DNA of 64,000 bases from an uncultured bacterium. Lineage in GTDB: Bacteria; Acidobacteriota; Aminicenantia; Aminicenantales; CALLJL01. Shown one piece after another: positions 50,191-59,847 of the stretch; within the stretch, counting starts at the first letter, position 1; every line of letters starts with the position of its first letter. The notes below the pieces were generated by a model. The model was not told the origin of the DNA. It saw only the letters and a list, made by a program, of their open reading frames with translations, and made no database searches. Position numbers and translations under genes: made by a program. The DNA lies in NCBI GenBank assembly GCA_938092135.1, contig CALLJL010000017.1, positions 62,259-126,258 on the forward strand, in the 5' to 3' direction.

Positions 50191-51165
50191 TTAATTGAGC
50201 CTTTGAGAATTAATTAGGGAAAGCATCTCCCTAATAAAGGCATAGGCCAGGTCGTCGTCAGCTTTAGGCAAGCGGATAAGACCAAGTAGAAACGAACTAT
50301 GCCGAATTAAATAAATATTAGCAAAGTGCCTTGTAAAAGCCTGAAAAAATGAATCTTTTTCTCGGTATACTTCTGCTGATAGAGCCAGCTCTTTTCTCCA
50401 TCTTGATTCCATGGTTTCAGCTTCAGCCTCATCCTGGGCTTTAATAAAAAAAGCTTCGAAATTAACCCCCTCCCTTTCATAACTAGCCAAAAAACCATGG
50501 TGAAGATAATCAAAACCTAAAAAGTTTTTTAAAATAAATTTAACCGAATTTCTTTTAAGCCCCAAAGGCGGAAAAAAAGCAAGGGGCGATCCCCAGTTTT
50601 TATCAGCCGGAATAAGCCTGGCAATTTCCTGACCGAAAAGCAAAAGCGTTTCCTCTCCTTCTTTGCCCTCAAGAAAGGAGAAAATCTTGACATAATAGGA
50701 ACTAACAAAAAAATGAAGAGTCCCTTGTTCCAGGTAGCCTTCAAAACCAAGGTCAATAAAATTTCCCTCAGGTGGTTTTTCCGAACTGTAAATGCCAAAG
50801 GCATTCAGAGTTTGACCTAAATCATAAATTTCAATTGTAATCGCAGGCTCCTTATCCTTTTCTCGCTTATAAAAGGCTACGATTAATCCCTGAAAATCAT
50901 AGGCCAGATAAGCTTCTGAGGCTCCATTGATATACTCAAAAAGATTTTCCGGTCCATAGAATTCTGGATTCTGACTAAGAACCCAGCCTGAAATTTTCGG
51001 CAAAAAGTTGATTAGCTTCTCTCTTACAGTTGCGGCTAATAATAAGTCGGTGAAAATAAACAAACCTAAAAAAACAAAAATAAGAATTTTTTTATAACCC
51101 ATCTTTTTCCAGCTCATACTTAATAATTTAGCTAATTTAATTACCTCATTCAAGGTAAATTTCAA
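50191..51165 (-). CDS. Secreted hypothetical protein
   Basis: N-terminal signal/anchor. No recognised domain. Confidence 0.4.
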   Translation of the reverse strand: MKFTLNEVIKLAKLLSMSWKKMGYKKILIFVFLGLFIFTDLLLAATVREKLINFLPKISGWVLSQNPEFYGPENLFEYINGASEAYLAYDFQGLIVAFYKREKDKEPAITIEIYDLGQTLNAFGIYSSEKPPEGNFIDLGFEGYLEQGTLHFFVSSYYVKIFSFLEGKEGEETLLLFGQEIARLIPADKNWGSPLAFFPPLGLKRNSVKFILKNFLGFDYLHHGFLASYEREGVNFEAFFIKAQDEAEAETMESRWRKELALSAEVYREKDSFFQAFTRHFANIYLIRHSSFLLGLIRLPKADDDLAYAFIREMLSLINSQRLN

Positions 51166-51293
51166 GGAATAAACTTATCAATCAGTTTGATCAGGTGAAT
51201 TTGATCTTATTGGAAAAAATTGGGGGAAAGAATTCAATCGATTAAAACCATCAAGGTTTGACTTAATTCAATTTAAGCGATACCTTTAAATAT

Positions 51294-52190
51294 ATGTCTA
51301 GTAGACCGAAAGTTGTTATCATCAGAGCAAGAGGGCTTTTTTCTGAATTTCGGCCTGATCCAAAACGCCTTCAGGCCATGATAATTAAAGGTCTCACTTT
51401 GCTTACCTCTGAAAACGAGATTAAGCAGGCTATAGAAAAAATTTTTTCGCCTTCTGATCGAATTGGAATTAAAATCAACACAATTGCTGGACCTAGGTTG
51501 TCCACTCTGCCTGAGCTAGCTTTGGCTTTAGTCTCAGTTCTTACCGCGGGGGGAATACTCCAAAGAAACATGATTATTTGGGATAGAACCAATCGTGAAC
51601 TCAGAGATGCTGGTTATCCCATTCAAACAGCCCGAGACAAGCTCAAAATCTTTGGCACTGATAATCCTGGAGCCGGTTACGAGCAAGAGCCCTATTCTTT
51701 CCGCAATATAGGCAGCCTTTTTTCTACTATCCTAACCAATTTTGTTACCGCTTCAATCAGTCTGGCCATCCTTAAAGATCATGGCTTAGCAGGAATTACA
51801 GCAGGAATGAAGAATTATTTTGGTGCTGTCCATAATCCAAATAAATATCATGACAACCACTGTGATCCCTTCGTGGCCGAGCTTTTGGCTTGCCCGCCAA
51901 TTAAATCTAGACACCGACTAACTATTCTCGATGCTCTCGTCGTCCAATTCCATAAAGGCCCATCATTTCATCCCCGCTGGGCTGCTCAATATGAAGGGCT
52001 TATTTTTGGCCTCGACCCTGTAGCCACCGATACTGTAGGCTGGAGCATTATCGAAAAATTAAGATCAGAAAAGGGATTACCCAGTTTAAAAGAAGAAGGA
52101 CGGTCGCCCAACTATTTAGAAACAGCCCGTGTCCTTGGTTTAGGAGAAAATGATTTAACAAAAATTCAAATTATTGAAGAAGAAGTGTAA
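51294..52190 (+). CDS. DUF362-like domain protein
   Basis: The pattern KVVIIRA....GIKINT is DUF362-like. The assignment is tentative. Confidence 0.45.
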   Translation: MSSRPKVVIIRARGLFSEFRPDPKRLQAMIIKGLTLLTSENEIKQAIEKIFSPSDRIGIKINTIAGPRLSTLPELALALVSVLTAGGILQRNMIIWDRTNRELRDAGYPIQTARDKLKIFGTDNPGAGYEQEPYSFRNIGSLFSTILTNFVTASISLAILKDHGLAGITAGMKNYFGAVHNPNKYHDNHCDPFVAELLACPPIKSRHRLTILDALVVQFHKGPSFHPRWAAQYEGLIFGLDPVATDTVGWSIIEKLRSEKGLPSLKEEGRSPNYLETARVLGLGENDLTKIQIIEEEV

Positions 52191-52202
52191 AATAAAAATA
52201 GA

Positions 52203-53324
52203 ATGAAAAGAAGAGATTTTCTTAAGTTAAGTTGTGGATTGTGTTTATCCCTCCGCCCTGGGAAACTTTGCAGCGAAAGTCTTTTCCCTTTAAATCTTAA
52301 ACAACCCAATTTGTCAAAGGTCGAAGCCCGTTATTATGAAAAGCTCCCCGATCGTGAAATTAAATGTACCCTTTGTCCTCGTTATTGCCATTTGGGAGAT
52401 AAAGAAAGAGGATATTGTGGGGTCAGAGAAAACGATGGCGGAATCTACTATACGCTGGTTTATGGCAAGGTTTGCGCTGTTAATGTTGACCCTATTGAAA
52501 AAAAACCCTTTTTTCATTTTCTGCCCGGCACCCTGGCCTTTTCTCTGGCTACAGCTGGCTGTAATGTCAATTGCAAATTCTGCCAGAACTGGCAGATTTC
52601 CCAGGTCAGACCCGAACAGGTTGAGGCTTTTGATTTGCCACCAGAAGCTGTGGCCTTAGCCGCTCAAAGAAACAATTGCCTTTCGGTGGCTTACACTTAT
52701 ACTGAACCTGTTATCTTTTTTGAGTATATGGTCGACAGTTCTATCGCCTCAAGGAAACGGGGCTTAAAAAATGTGGTTGTTACAGGAGGACATATCAACC
52801 CTGAACCCCTTGAGGATCTTATTAAAGTTGTGGATGCCATTAAGGTTGATCTCAAATCCTTTTCCGAAGCTTTCTATAAAGAATATGTGCGGGGGGAATT
52901 GAAGCCAGTTCTGGAAGCTATAAAATTAATTCATCAGAGAAAAATGTGGCAAGAAATTGTTTATCTAGTAATTCCAACGCTTAATGACCAAGAAACGATG
53001 ATCCGTCAAATGTGCCGGTGGCTACTCAAGGAGGTCGGTCCAGACGTTCCCCTTCATTTTTCTCGCTTCCATCCCATGTATCTCCTTAAAAACCTCCCTC
53101 CAACGCCTATTTCTACCCTAGAAAAGCTTTACTCAATCGCCAAGCAAGAGGGTCTGCGTTATGTTTACATAGGCAATGTGCCCGGCCATAAGGCCGAAAG
53201 TACCTATTGTCCATTCTGCGGTCAGTTGCTTATTGAAAGGGTAGGCTATCAGATTGAGAGGATTGAATTGCGGGATGGGAAATGTCGCTATTGTCACGCT
53301 CCCATTCCAGGAATTTGGACTTGA
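52203..53324 (+). CDS. Radical SAM enzyme of the AmmeMemoRadiSam family (PflA-like)
   Basis: CTLCPRYCHLGDKERGYCGVREN followed by CNVNCKFCQNW (CxxxCxxC). The annotated N-terminus carries an RRDFLK extension. Confidence 0.7.
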   Translation: MKRRDFLKLSCGLCLSLRPGKLCSESLFPLNLKQPNLSKVEARYYEKLPDREIKCTLCPRYCHLGDKERGYCGVRENDGGIYYTLVYGKVCAVNVDPIEKKPFFHFLPGTLAFSLATAGCNVNCKFCQNWQISQVRPEQVEAFDLPPEAVALAAQRNNCLSVAYTYTEPVIFFEYMVDSSIASRKRGLKNVVVTGGHINPEPLEDLIKVVDAIKVDLKSFSEAFYKEYVRGELKPVLEAIKLIHQRKMWQEIVYLVIPTLNDQETMIRQMCRWLLKEVGPDVPLHFSRFHPMYLLKNLPPTPISTLEKLYSIAKQEGLRYVYIGNVPGHKAESTYCPFCGQLLIERVGYQIERIELRDGKCRYCHAPIPGIWT

Positions 53325-53332
53325 GCCAGATT

Positions 53333-55465
53333 ATGTTTCCTTTCCTTCTTGGTTTTCTTTCCATTTCTATGCAAATTTTTCTTCTTCGGGAATTTCTCGT
53401 TCAGTTCTATGGCAATGAAATCATTTATGGCTTTGTCCTTGGCTTTTGGCTGCTCTGGGGTTCTTTAGGAAGTTTGCTAGCATCAAAATTCAGTCTTCAA
53501 AAAAAGCACCTTCCTCTTTTATTTGAGATCGCAATTTTCTCAAGCCTGGTGGTCTTTTCTGGCCTTCGTTTCATTCGATTTCTTTGGGGAAAGCCGTTTG
53601 GAGAAAGCCTAGGGATAAGTTCATCCTTTTTTACTGCCCTTATCTGTTGCTTTTTACTCAGTTTTCCCTTCGGTCTGCTTTTTTTTCTCAACGTTGCTTA
53701 TCTAAAGGGAGATCTTACCAAGGTTTATCTTCTTGAATCCCTTGGAGCCTGTCTAGCTGGCCTTATCGTCGATCTTGGACTTATTCCCTTCTTTACCTGC
53801 TGGCAGTCGATCGCCCTTCTGGGAATTTTCTCTCTTTTATTATTATTATTATTTTCTCCCAATAAAATTAATTTGGTTGCTTCAGCCTTAATTTCTATTG
53901 CTCTTTTCCTATTTATTATCTTTGATTTTCAGACTCAGAAAATAGCCACCAAACCCCTTCCCCTAATAAAAAGCCATGACAGCCCCTTTGGTCGTTGGCA
54001 AGTAGTTAAAATTGATGAGCAAATTACTCTTTATCAGGACGGGCTAGCAGCGGCCTCTATCCCTGACCCCGCCGAAGCTGAAGAAATCACCCATTTTGCC
54101 CTTCTTCAGAGACCGGAAGCTAAAAAAATACTTCTAATTGGGGGGGGCTTCAGTGGGGCCATCGAAGAAATTTTAAAGTATCCTCAGACTTCCCTGGACT
54201 ACGTTGAAATCGATCCTGACATTATTCCTCTTCTGAAAAGTCTTTTGCCCTCTGAAAAAAAATCTTTTTTTGATTCGCCAAGATTGACAATTCATCATTT
54301 AGATGGCCGAGCCTTTCTTCAAAAAACAAAAGAAATCTTTGATGTCGTCATTGTGGCCATTCCAGAGCCAGCCACCGCTCAGCTTAATCGATTTTACACT
54401 CGCGAATTCTATTCTTTAATTAAAGATCGACTTTCCAATGATGGGGTTGTCTCGATAAGGGTTTCTTCAGCCGAGAATTACCAAAGCCTGAGTCTGACTC
54501 TTTATTTAAATAATATCTATGCCACTTTGTCTTCTGTTTTCTCTAATATTGAAATAATCCCAGGGGACACCAATATTTTCTTGGCTTCCGATGGTCAGCT
54601 GTCCATTAATCCCGATTTTCTCGTTACCAATCTCAAAAAATATCAGATAGAAACCCGATTTATCCGAGCCCAGACTTTAGCCGCTAGATTGAGTCCTCTT
54701 AGAGTCGAAAGACTAAAATCGAAAGTTTCCTCTCTTTCTTCCTCCATTAATAGCGATTTGCAACCGAAAGGATTTTTTTATTTTCTAATTCATTGGGCCT
54801 CTCAGTTCGGCCTAAACGAAGCTAGAATTCTGGAATTTTTCGCCAAGATTCCTCAGATTTTTCTAATTTTTTTACCTCTTCTTCTTTGTCTAACTATTTT
54901 TTTCTTCCTCTTCATTGTCAGGGGAAAGGCCGCCTTGCCAGGATTGCCCTTAATTGTTCTTGGCTTTACAAGCCTGATGGCCGAGGTTTTAATTCTTCTC
55001 TGGTTTCAGATAAGATTTGGCTATATTTATGAAAAAATAGCTCTCCTCATTGCCTTTTTTATGTTTGGCCTCTTTGCCGGCGCTTTCTTTAGCCAGAAAT
55101 TTACTTCCCCTAAAGGCCAAAGTCTTTTGGCCGATCAGACCCTGATCTTAGTAATTCTCATTTTCCTCCTTATTCTCTTACCCGTCAAAATAAGCAGCTT
55201 TATTCCCTATTTCTTTCTTTTTCTTCTCGGAGTAGCCGGGGGGCATCTTTTTGTAGTTAGCAACCTGCCTTTGATAAAAGGGGGACAGAGTTATGGTTTA
55301 GGTTATGGTCTTGACCTCGCCGGTTCATTTCTGGGAGCTATTCTGGGATCTCCTCTGTTCTTCCCCATTCTTGGCCTACCGAAATCAATTCTTAGCCTTC
55401 TTATTCTTAACTTAAGCTGCCTTTTTCTTCTTCTCTTCTATCGACCAGGTTTCAACCACAAATAA
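53333..55465 (+). CDS. Polytopic membrane protein fused to a spermidine-synthase-like (SpeE-fold) domain
   Basis: The central ILLIGGGFSGAIEE...VEIDPDII...FDVVIVAIPEP forms an aminopropyltransferase fold, flanked by many transmembrane helices. Confidence 0.65.
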   Translation: MFPFLLGFLSISMQIFLLREFLVQFYGNEIIYGFVLGFWLLWGSLGSLLASKFSLQKKHLPLLFEIAIFSSLVVFSGLRFIRFLWGKPFGESLGISSSFFTALICCFLLSFPFGLLFFLNVAYLKGDLTKVYLLESLGACLAGLIVDLGLIPFFTCWQSIALLGIFSLLLLLLFSPNKINLVASALISIALFLFIIFDFQTQKIATKPLPLIKSHDSPFGRWQVVKIDEQITLYQDGLAAASIPDPAEAEEITHFALLQRPEAKKILLIGGGFSGAIEEILKYPQTSLDYVEIDPDIIPLLKSLLPSEKKSFFDSPRLTIHHLDGRAFLQKTKEIFDVVIVAIPEPATAQLNRFYTREFYSLIKDRLSNDGVVSIRVSSAENYQSLSLTLYLNNIYATLSSVFSNIEIIPGDTNIFLASDGQLSINPDFLVTNLKKYQIETRFIRAQTLAARLSPLRVERLKSKVSSLSSSINSDLQPKGFFYFLIHWASQFGLNEARILEFFAKIPQIFLIFLPLLLCLTIFFFLFIVRGKAALPGLPLIVLGFTSLMAEVLILLWFQIRFGYIYEKIALLIAFFMFGLFAGAFFSQKFTSPKGQSLLADQTLILVILIFLLILLPVKISSFIPYFFLFLLGVAGGHLFVVSNLPLIKGGQSYGLGYGLDLAGSFLGAILGSPLFFPILGLPKSILSLLILNLSCLFLLLFYRPGFNHK

Positions 55466-55486
55466 ATTTAAAAAAAGATAATTTTC

Positions 55487-55516
55487 TTGACACAAAAATT
55501 ATTTTGTGCTTAATTG
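55487..55516 (+). promoter_or_regulatory. Putative sigma70-type promoter of the hdr-kor operon (TTGACA, 18-nt spacer, TAATTG)
   Basis: TTGACA at 55487-55492 with an AT-rich -10 region, about 75 nt upstream of hdrC. Confidence 0.3.
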
Positions 55517-55590
55517 TATTCTCATTTTGGCTTTAAGGTAGAGAGTATCCCCTTGATAAAAATAGAGCCCGCCAGGAAAGGAAAAAACCA

Positions 55591-55998
55591 ATGAAAGTTA
55601 ATATTTCCCAGAAAAAAATACGTGATTCCTTTGTTCAAAAGGTTCAGGAGTTAAGTGGCCAGAATCTTCTGGTCTGTTATCAATGTGGCAAATGCTCGGC
55701 TGGCTGCCCGGCCGTGTCTGAGATGGATATTTTACCTAATCAAGTGATTCGCTTTGCCCAGCTGGGTTTAAAGGAGGAACTCCTTAATTGCCGGGCCATC
55801 TGGGCCTGTGCCTCCTGTTTGACCTGCAATGTCCGTTGTCCCAAGGGAATTAAAATAGCCGAGGTTATGGAGGCTATAAGACAGATCCTCCTGCGTCAAA
55901 GGCTGGATCACGTTGATATTAATAAGATTCCCCCTGAGAAAAGGAAAGAATTTCCGGCTATTGCATTGATCAGTAATTTTAGAAAATTTACCTCGTGA
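55591..55998 (+). CDS. hdrC: Heterodisulfide reductase subunit C
   Basis: Two CxxCxxCxxxCP motifs (CYQCGKCSAGCP, CASCLTCNVRCP). Confidence 0.8.
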   Translation: MKVNISQKKIRDSFVQKVQELSGQNLLVCYQCGKCSAGCPAVSEMDILPNQVIRFAQLGLKEELLNCRAIWACASCLTCNVRCPKGIKIAEVMEAIRQILLRQRLDHVDINKIPPEKRKEFPAIALISNFRKFTS

Positions 55999-56058
55999 AT
56001 CTAAATATGAACAAAAATAAATTAATTATAAATTTTCAGTTTCAAAGGAATAATAATA

Positions 56059-56937
56059 ATGAAAATAGCCTATTACCCAGGCTGTACGCTTAAAGCCCAT
56101 GGAAAAAATTTTGAAGAATCGGCTCTCTGCACCTTAAAAGAACTAGGATTTGAAGTCATTGAACTGCCTCGCTGGAATTGCTGTGGTACCGTTTTCTCCC
56201 TTACCGCTGATGATGTTATCCATCACGTGGCTCCTCTTCGGAATTTAATTCGCGCTAAGGACGCGGGTTTTAATTCAGTCGTTACGCTTTGCGCAATGTG
56301 CTATAATACTTTAAAGCGCTCCAAGGCCCGCTACGAGGAAAATCCTGACATCCGAGACAAGATCAATCGGTTTATGGATGAAGAAAAAATTAATTTCAAC
56401 GGATCCTTTAAAATACTTCACTACCTGGAGCTTATTCGAGATGAAGTAAAATTAGAAAACCTAGCCTTTAAGATCGTCAAGCCTTTAAAGGGGCTTAAAG
56501 TCGCCAGCTATTATGGCTGCCTCCTGGTGAGGCCTAGAGAAATAGGCTTTGACGACATGGAGAACCCCACCATTATGGACAAGCTGGTGGATACCCTTCA
56601 GGCTGACTCAGTTGATTTTCCCTATAAAACAGAATGCTGCGGGGCTTATCAGACTGTTGACAAACCTCAGGTGGTTATCCTCAGAGCTGCCCAAATTCTG
56701 AAGTCAGCTCGGGAAAGAGGAGCCGAGATTGTGGAGGTAAGCTGTCCTCTTTGCTTTTTTAACCTTGATTACCGCCAGAAAGAAATTCAGCAGATAGAAG
56801 CTGACTTCAAACCGATTCCTGTTCTCTATTTCACCCAGCTGATAGCCATAGCTCTGGGATGTCCGGAGAATAGCCTCAGGTTCGATCTCCATGAGGTCGA
56901 TCCCAGGCCAATCTTGAAACAAAAAGGTCTCATCTGA
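56059..56937 (+). CDS. hdrB: Heterodisulfide reductase subunit B
   Basis: Two CCG domains (WNCCGTVF, ECCGAYQ). Confidence 0.85.
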   Translation: MKIAYYPGCTLKAHGKNFEESALCTLKELGFEVIELPRWNCCGTVFSLTADDVIHHVAPLRNLIRAKDAGFNSVVTLCAMCYNTLKRSKARYEENPDIRDKINRFMDEEKINFNGSFKILHYLELIRDEVKLENLAFKIVKPLKGLKVASYYGCLLVRPREIGFDDMENPTIMDKLVDTLQADSVDFPYKTECCGAYQTVDKPQVVILRAAQILKSARERGAEIVEVSCPLCFFNLDYRQKEIQQIEADFKPIPVLYFTQLIAIALGCPENSLRFDLHEVDPRPILKQKGLI

Positions 56938-56944
56938 GGGAACC

Positions 56945-57223
56945 ATGATCTATTTTGGTGAATTAAAACCAAAAAAAGGATTAATTCATATCAATAAAGA
57001 TCGCTGCAAGGGATGTGGTTTTTGCGTCGAATACTGTCCGCGAGATGTGCTCGAAATGTCAGAAGAATTTAATATCAAAGGCTATCATCCCCCTCGAGTT
57101 GTTAACCCTGATAATTGCTGTTACTGCCAGCTTTGTGAAGCCATCTGCCCAGAATTTGCCATTTTTGTAACTCTCAAAGAGGAGGAAGAACGTGAGCGTG
57201 AGAAAGAAATCAGCCGACCCTAA
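56945..57223 (+). CDS. korD: 2-oxoacid:ferredoxin oxidoreductase delta subunit (2x[4Fe-4S] ferredoxin)
   Basis: CKGCGFCVEYCP and CCYCQLCEAICP. Confidence 0.75.
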   Translation: MIYFGELKPKKGLIHINKDRCKGCGFCVEYCPRDVLEMSEEFNIKGYHPPRVVNPDNCCYCQLCEAICPEFAIFVTLKEEEEREREKEISRP

Positions 57224-58364
57224 GGGCGTCCTCACTGGAGTCCATTATCTTGATGGCGATTATGCCATTGCGGAAGGGGCTCTGGCGGCAGGATGCCGAT
57301 TTTTTGCAGGCTATCCCATAACCCCATCAACTGAAACAGCGGAAAGGTTTGCTGAACGCATCCCTTTAGTGGGAGGTGTCTTCATTCAAATGGAGGATGA
57401 AATTGCCTCGATTGCAGCTTTAATCGGGGCATCCTGGGCGGGCGTGAAATCAATGACTGTGACTTCAGGCCCTGGCTTTTCTCTTATGATGGAAAACATA
57501 GGCTTGGCCTGCATGATGGAAGTCCCAATCGTCATTGCCAATGTTCAGCGGGGAGGCCCTTCCACAGGCTTACCAACTTTAACCGGTCAGGGAGATATGA
57601 TGCAGGTTAAATGGGGTTCCCATGGCGACTATGAAATAATTGCCCTTTCACCAGATTCACCCCAGGAATGCTTTGACTTAACTATAAAGGCCTTTAATCT
57701 ATCGGAAATGTATCGAGTTCCTGTCTTTATTATGACTGATGAATGTGTCGGTCATATGCATGAAAAAGTGGTCATTCCTCCAGCCGAAGAAATTGAAATC
57801 ATCGAAAGAAAGTGGTATGAAGGACCAAAAGATAAATATCTTCCCTATCAGCCCGACGTTGATTTAGTTCCTTTCATGGTTAAAGCCGGAGATGGTTATC
57901 GTTTCCATACAACGGGATTAACCCATGACCAAAGAGGTTATCCAGTTATTAATGCTGAGGCTCAGGATTGGTGCGTCCGTCATATCTGCGACAAAATTCG
58001 CCTTAATGCTGATAAAATAATTGAATATAAGGAAGACGAAACTGATAATGCTGAAATTGTTGTCGTTTCCTATGGAATCACTTCCCGGGTAGCCTGGAAG
58101 GCTATTCAGGATGCCAGGAAAGCAGGAATCAAGGTTGGTTCTTTAAGATTGATCACTGTCTGGCCTTTTCCTGAAAAAAGAATTGAAGAATTGGCAGGGA
58201 AAATTAAAGCCTTCGTTGTGCCTGAAATTAATCTTGGTCAGATAAAAAGGGAAGTTGAAAGAGCTGCTAAAGGCAAAGCTCCCGTCTATCCAGTTTCCCA
58301 CTGCGGTGGCTGGGTTCATAACCCTGATGATATTTTAAAAGTAATCAAGGAGGCGGCAAAATGA
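57192..58364 (+). CDS. korA: 2-oxoacid:ferredoxin oxidoreductase alpha subunit
   Basis: N-terminal EGALAAGCRFFAGYPITPSTE, typical of the POR/KOR alpha subunit. GTG start overlapping the korD 3' end. Confidence 0.85.
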   Translation: MSVRKKSADPKGVLTGVHYLDGDYAIAEGALAAGCRFFAGYPITPSTETAERFAERIPLVGGVFIQMEDEIASIAALIGASWAGVKSMTVTSGPGFSLMMENIGLACMMEVPIVIANVQRGGPSTGLPTLTGQGDMMQVKWGSHGDYEIIALSPDSPQECFDLTIKAFNLSEMYRVPVFIMTDECVGHMHEKVVIPPAEEIEIIERKWYEGPKDKYLPYQPDVDLVPFMVKAGDGYRFHTTGLTHDQRGYPVINAEAQDWCVRHICDKIRLNADKIIEYKEDETDNAEIVVVSYGITSRVAWKAIQDARKAGIKVGSLRLITVWPFPEKRIEELAGKIKAFVVPEINLGQIKREVERAAKGKAPVYPVSHCGGWVHNPDDILKVIKEAAK

Positions 58365-59230
58365 GGCCTGAGGATCGTCTCGAAAAAAAGCATCCCATGG
58401 AAGAATTTCTGCGAATGGATAGAATGCCCCATATATGGTGTTCCGGCTGCGGAATTGGTATTGTGGTAACTTCATTTATAGAGGCCTTGCAAAAAAGTGA
58501 AATTAATCCCGACAAGGTTTGCGTTGTTTCGGGCATTGGTTGCACCGGTCGAGTAGCTGGCTATTTAAGACTTGATTCCTTTCACACAACTCATGGTCGA
58601 CCAATACCTTTTGCTACCGGTTTAAAGTTAGCCAACCCTGACCTAAAGGTTGTGGTTTTCAGTGGTGATGGAGATATTGTTGGGATTGGTGGTAACCACT
58701 TTATTCATGCTGCCCGCCGCAATATGGATTTAGTTGTCATTTGTGTCAATAATTTTAATTATGCAATGACTGGCGGTCAGGTGGCTGCTACCTCGCCCAT
58801 AGGTGCCAACCTTTCAACAGCTCCCTACGGTAACTTTGAATACCCCTTTAATCTTCCCTATCTTGCTGAAGCTTGTGGAGCTACTTATGTCGCCCGCTGG
58901 ACCTGCCTCCATATTAGACGATTGACCAAGAGTATTCAGGAAGCCCTCCAGAAAAGGGGTTTTTCCTTTATTGAGGTAATAACACCTTGTGTTACTCTTT
59001 ATGCCCGTCGTAATCGATTGGGCGATGGTCTTAATCTCCTTAGGTACTATTATGAAAATTCAGAAATCAGGCACGGAGCTGACACTCGCACTCTGGACAT
59101 TGGCTATCAAGGGAAAATAATAGTAGGTAAGTTTGTGGATATTGAAAAACCAACATTCCTCGATTGTATGAATAATCATTTGCGCAAGGTTCTTGGCAAT
59201 AAATACCAACCTTGGGGAGTTAAATCATGA
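58361..59230 (+). CDS. korB: 2-oxoacid:ferredoxin oxidoreductase beta subunit (TPP-binding)
   Basis: CSGCGIG and the TPP motif SGDGD...N. Confidence 0.85.
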   Translation: MRPEDRLEKKHPMEEFLRMDRMPHIWCSGCGIGIVVTSFIEALQKSEINPDKVCVVSGIGCTGRVAGYLRLDSFHTTHGRPIPFATGLKLANPDLKVVVFSGDGDIVGIGGNHFIHAARRNMDLVVICVNNFNYAMTGGQVAATSPIGANLSTAPYGNFEYPFNLPYLAEACGATYVARWTCLHIRRLTKSIQEALQKRGFSFIEVITPCVTLYARRNRLGDGLNLLRYYYENSEIRHGADTRTLDIGYQGKIIVGKFVDIEKPTFLDCMNNHLRKVLGNKYQPWGVKS

Positions 59231-59847
59231 ATGAAATTCGGTTCTCTGGATTCGGTGGTCAAGGAATAATTCGCCAAGGGCTAATCCTTGGTAAAGCCTT
59301 ATCCCTTTATGACAATAAATTTGCGACCATGACCCAAAGCTTTGGTCCAGAGGCTAGGGGAAGTGCCTGCAGTTCTCAAGTCGTTGTTTCGGACGAGAGA
59401 GTGCTCTATCCCTATGTAACCAAGCCAGAAATTCTTGTCGCTATGTCCCAGGAGGCCTATGAAAAATATGAACCTGAGCTAAGAGAAGGAGGTACTCTCA
59501 TTATTGATTCAGATCTGGTTCGGCTTAAGCCTTCTAAAAGAAAAATAAAAATTTATAGCATTCCCTCAACTCGCTTTGCTGAAGAAATTGGAAACCGAAT
59601 TTATGCCAACCTTGTTATGCTCGGCTTTTTTGCCGCTGTTACTAAAATTGTCTCCCCTGAAGCCATCAAAAAGGCTTTACCTGGACTGGTTCCATCCCGT
59701 TATCTTGATATGAACATTAAAGCATTCGATAGGGGCTTTAATTATGGCCTTGAAGTTTTAGAAAAGGAAGCTCAATCTAAGGTGGAAAAAGAACCTAAAG
59801 CTGAAAAAAAGACAGCTAAAGCCAAAAATGAGGGGATGGAAAAATGA
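59227..59847 (+). CDS. korC: 2-oxoacid:ferredoxin oxidoreductase gamma subunit
   Basis: GFGGQG motif. Confidence 0.8.
   Translation: MNEIRFSGFGGQGIIRQGLILGKALSLYDNKFATMTQSFGPEARGSACSSQVVVSDERVLYPYVTKPEILVAMSQEAYEKYEPELREGGTLIIDSDLVRLKPSKRKIKIYSIPSTRFAEEIGNRIYANLVMLGFFAAVTKIVSPEAIKKALPGLVPSRYLDMNIKAFDRGFNYGLEVLEKEAQSKVEKEPKAEKKTAKAKNEGMEK

Noticed and set aside
52203-52320. Genuine Tat export of the radical SAM enzyme
   Set aside because: Radical SAM enzymes need cytoplasmic SAM and reductant. Family members start at the EARYY region, so start-codon mis-assignment is the more parsimonious reading.
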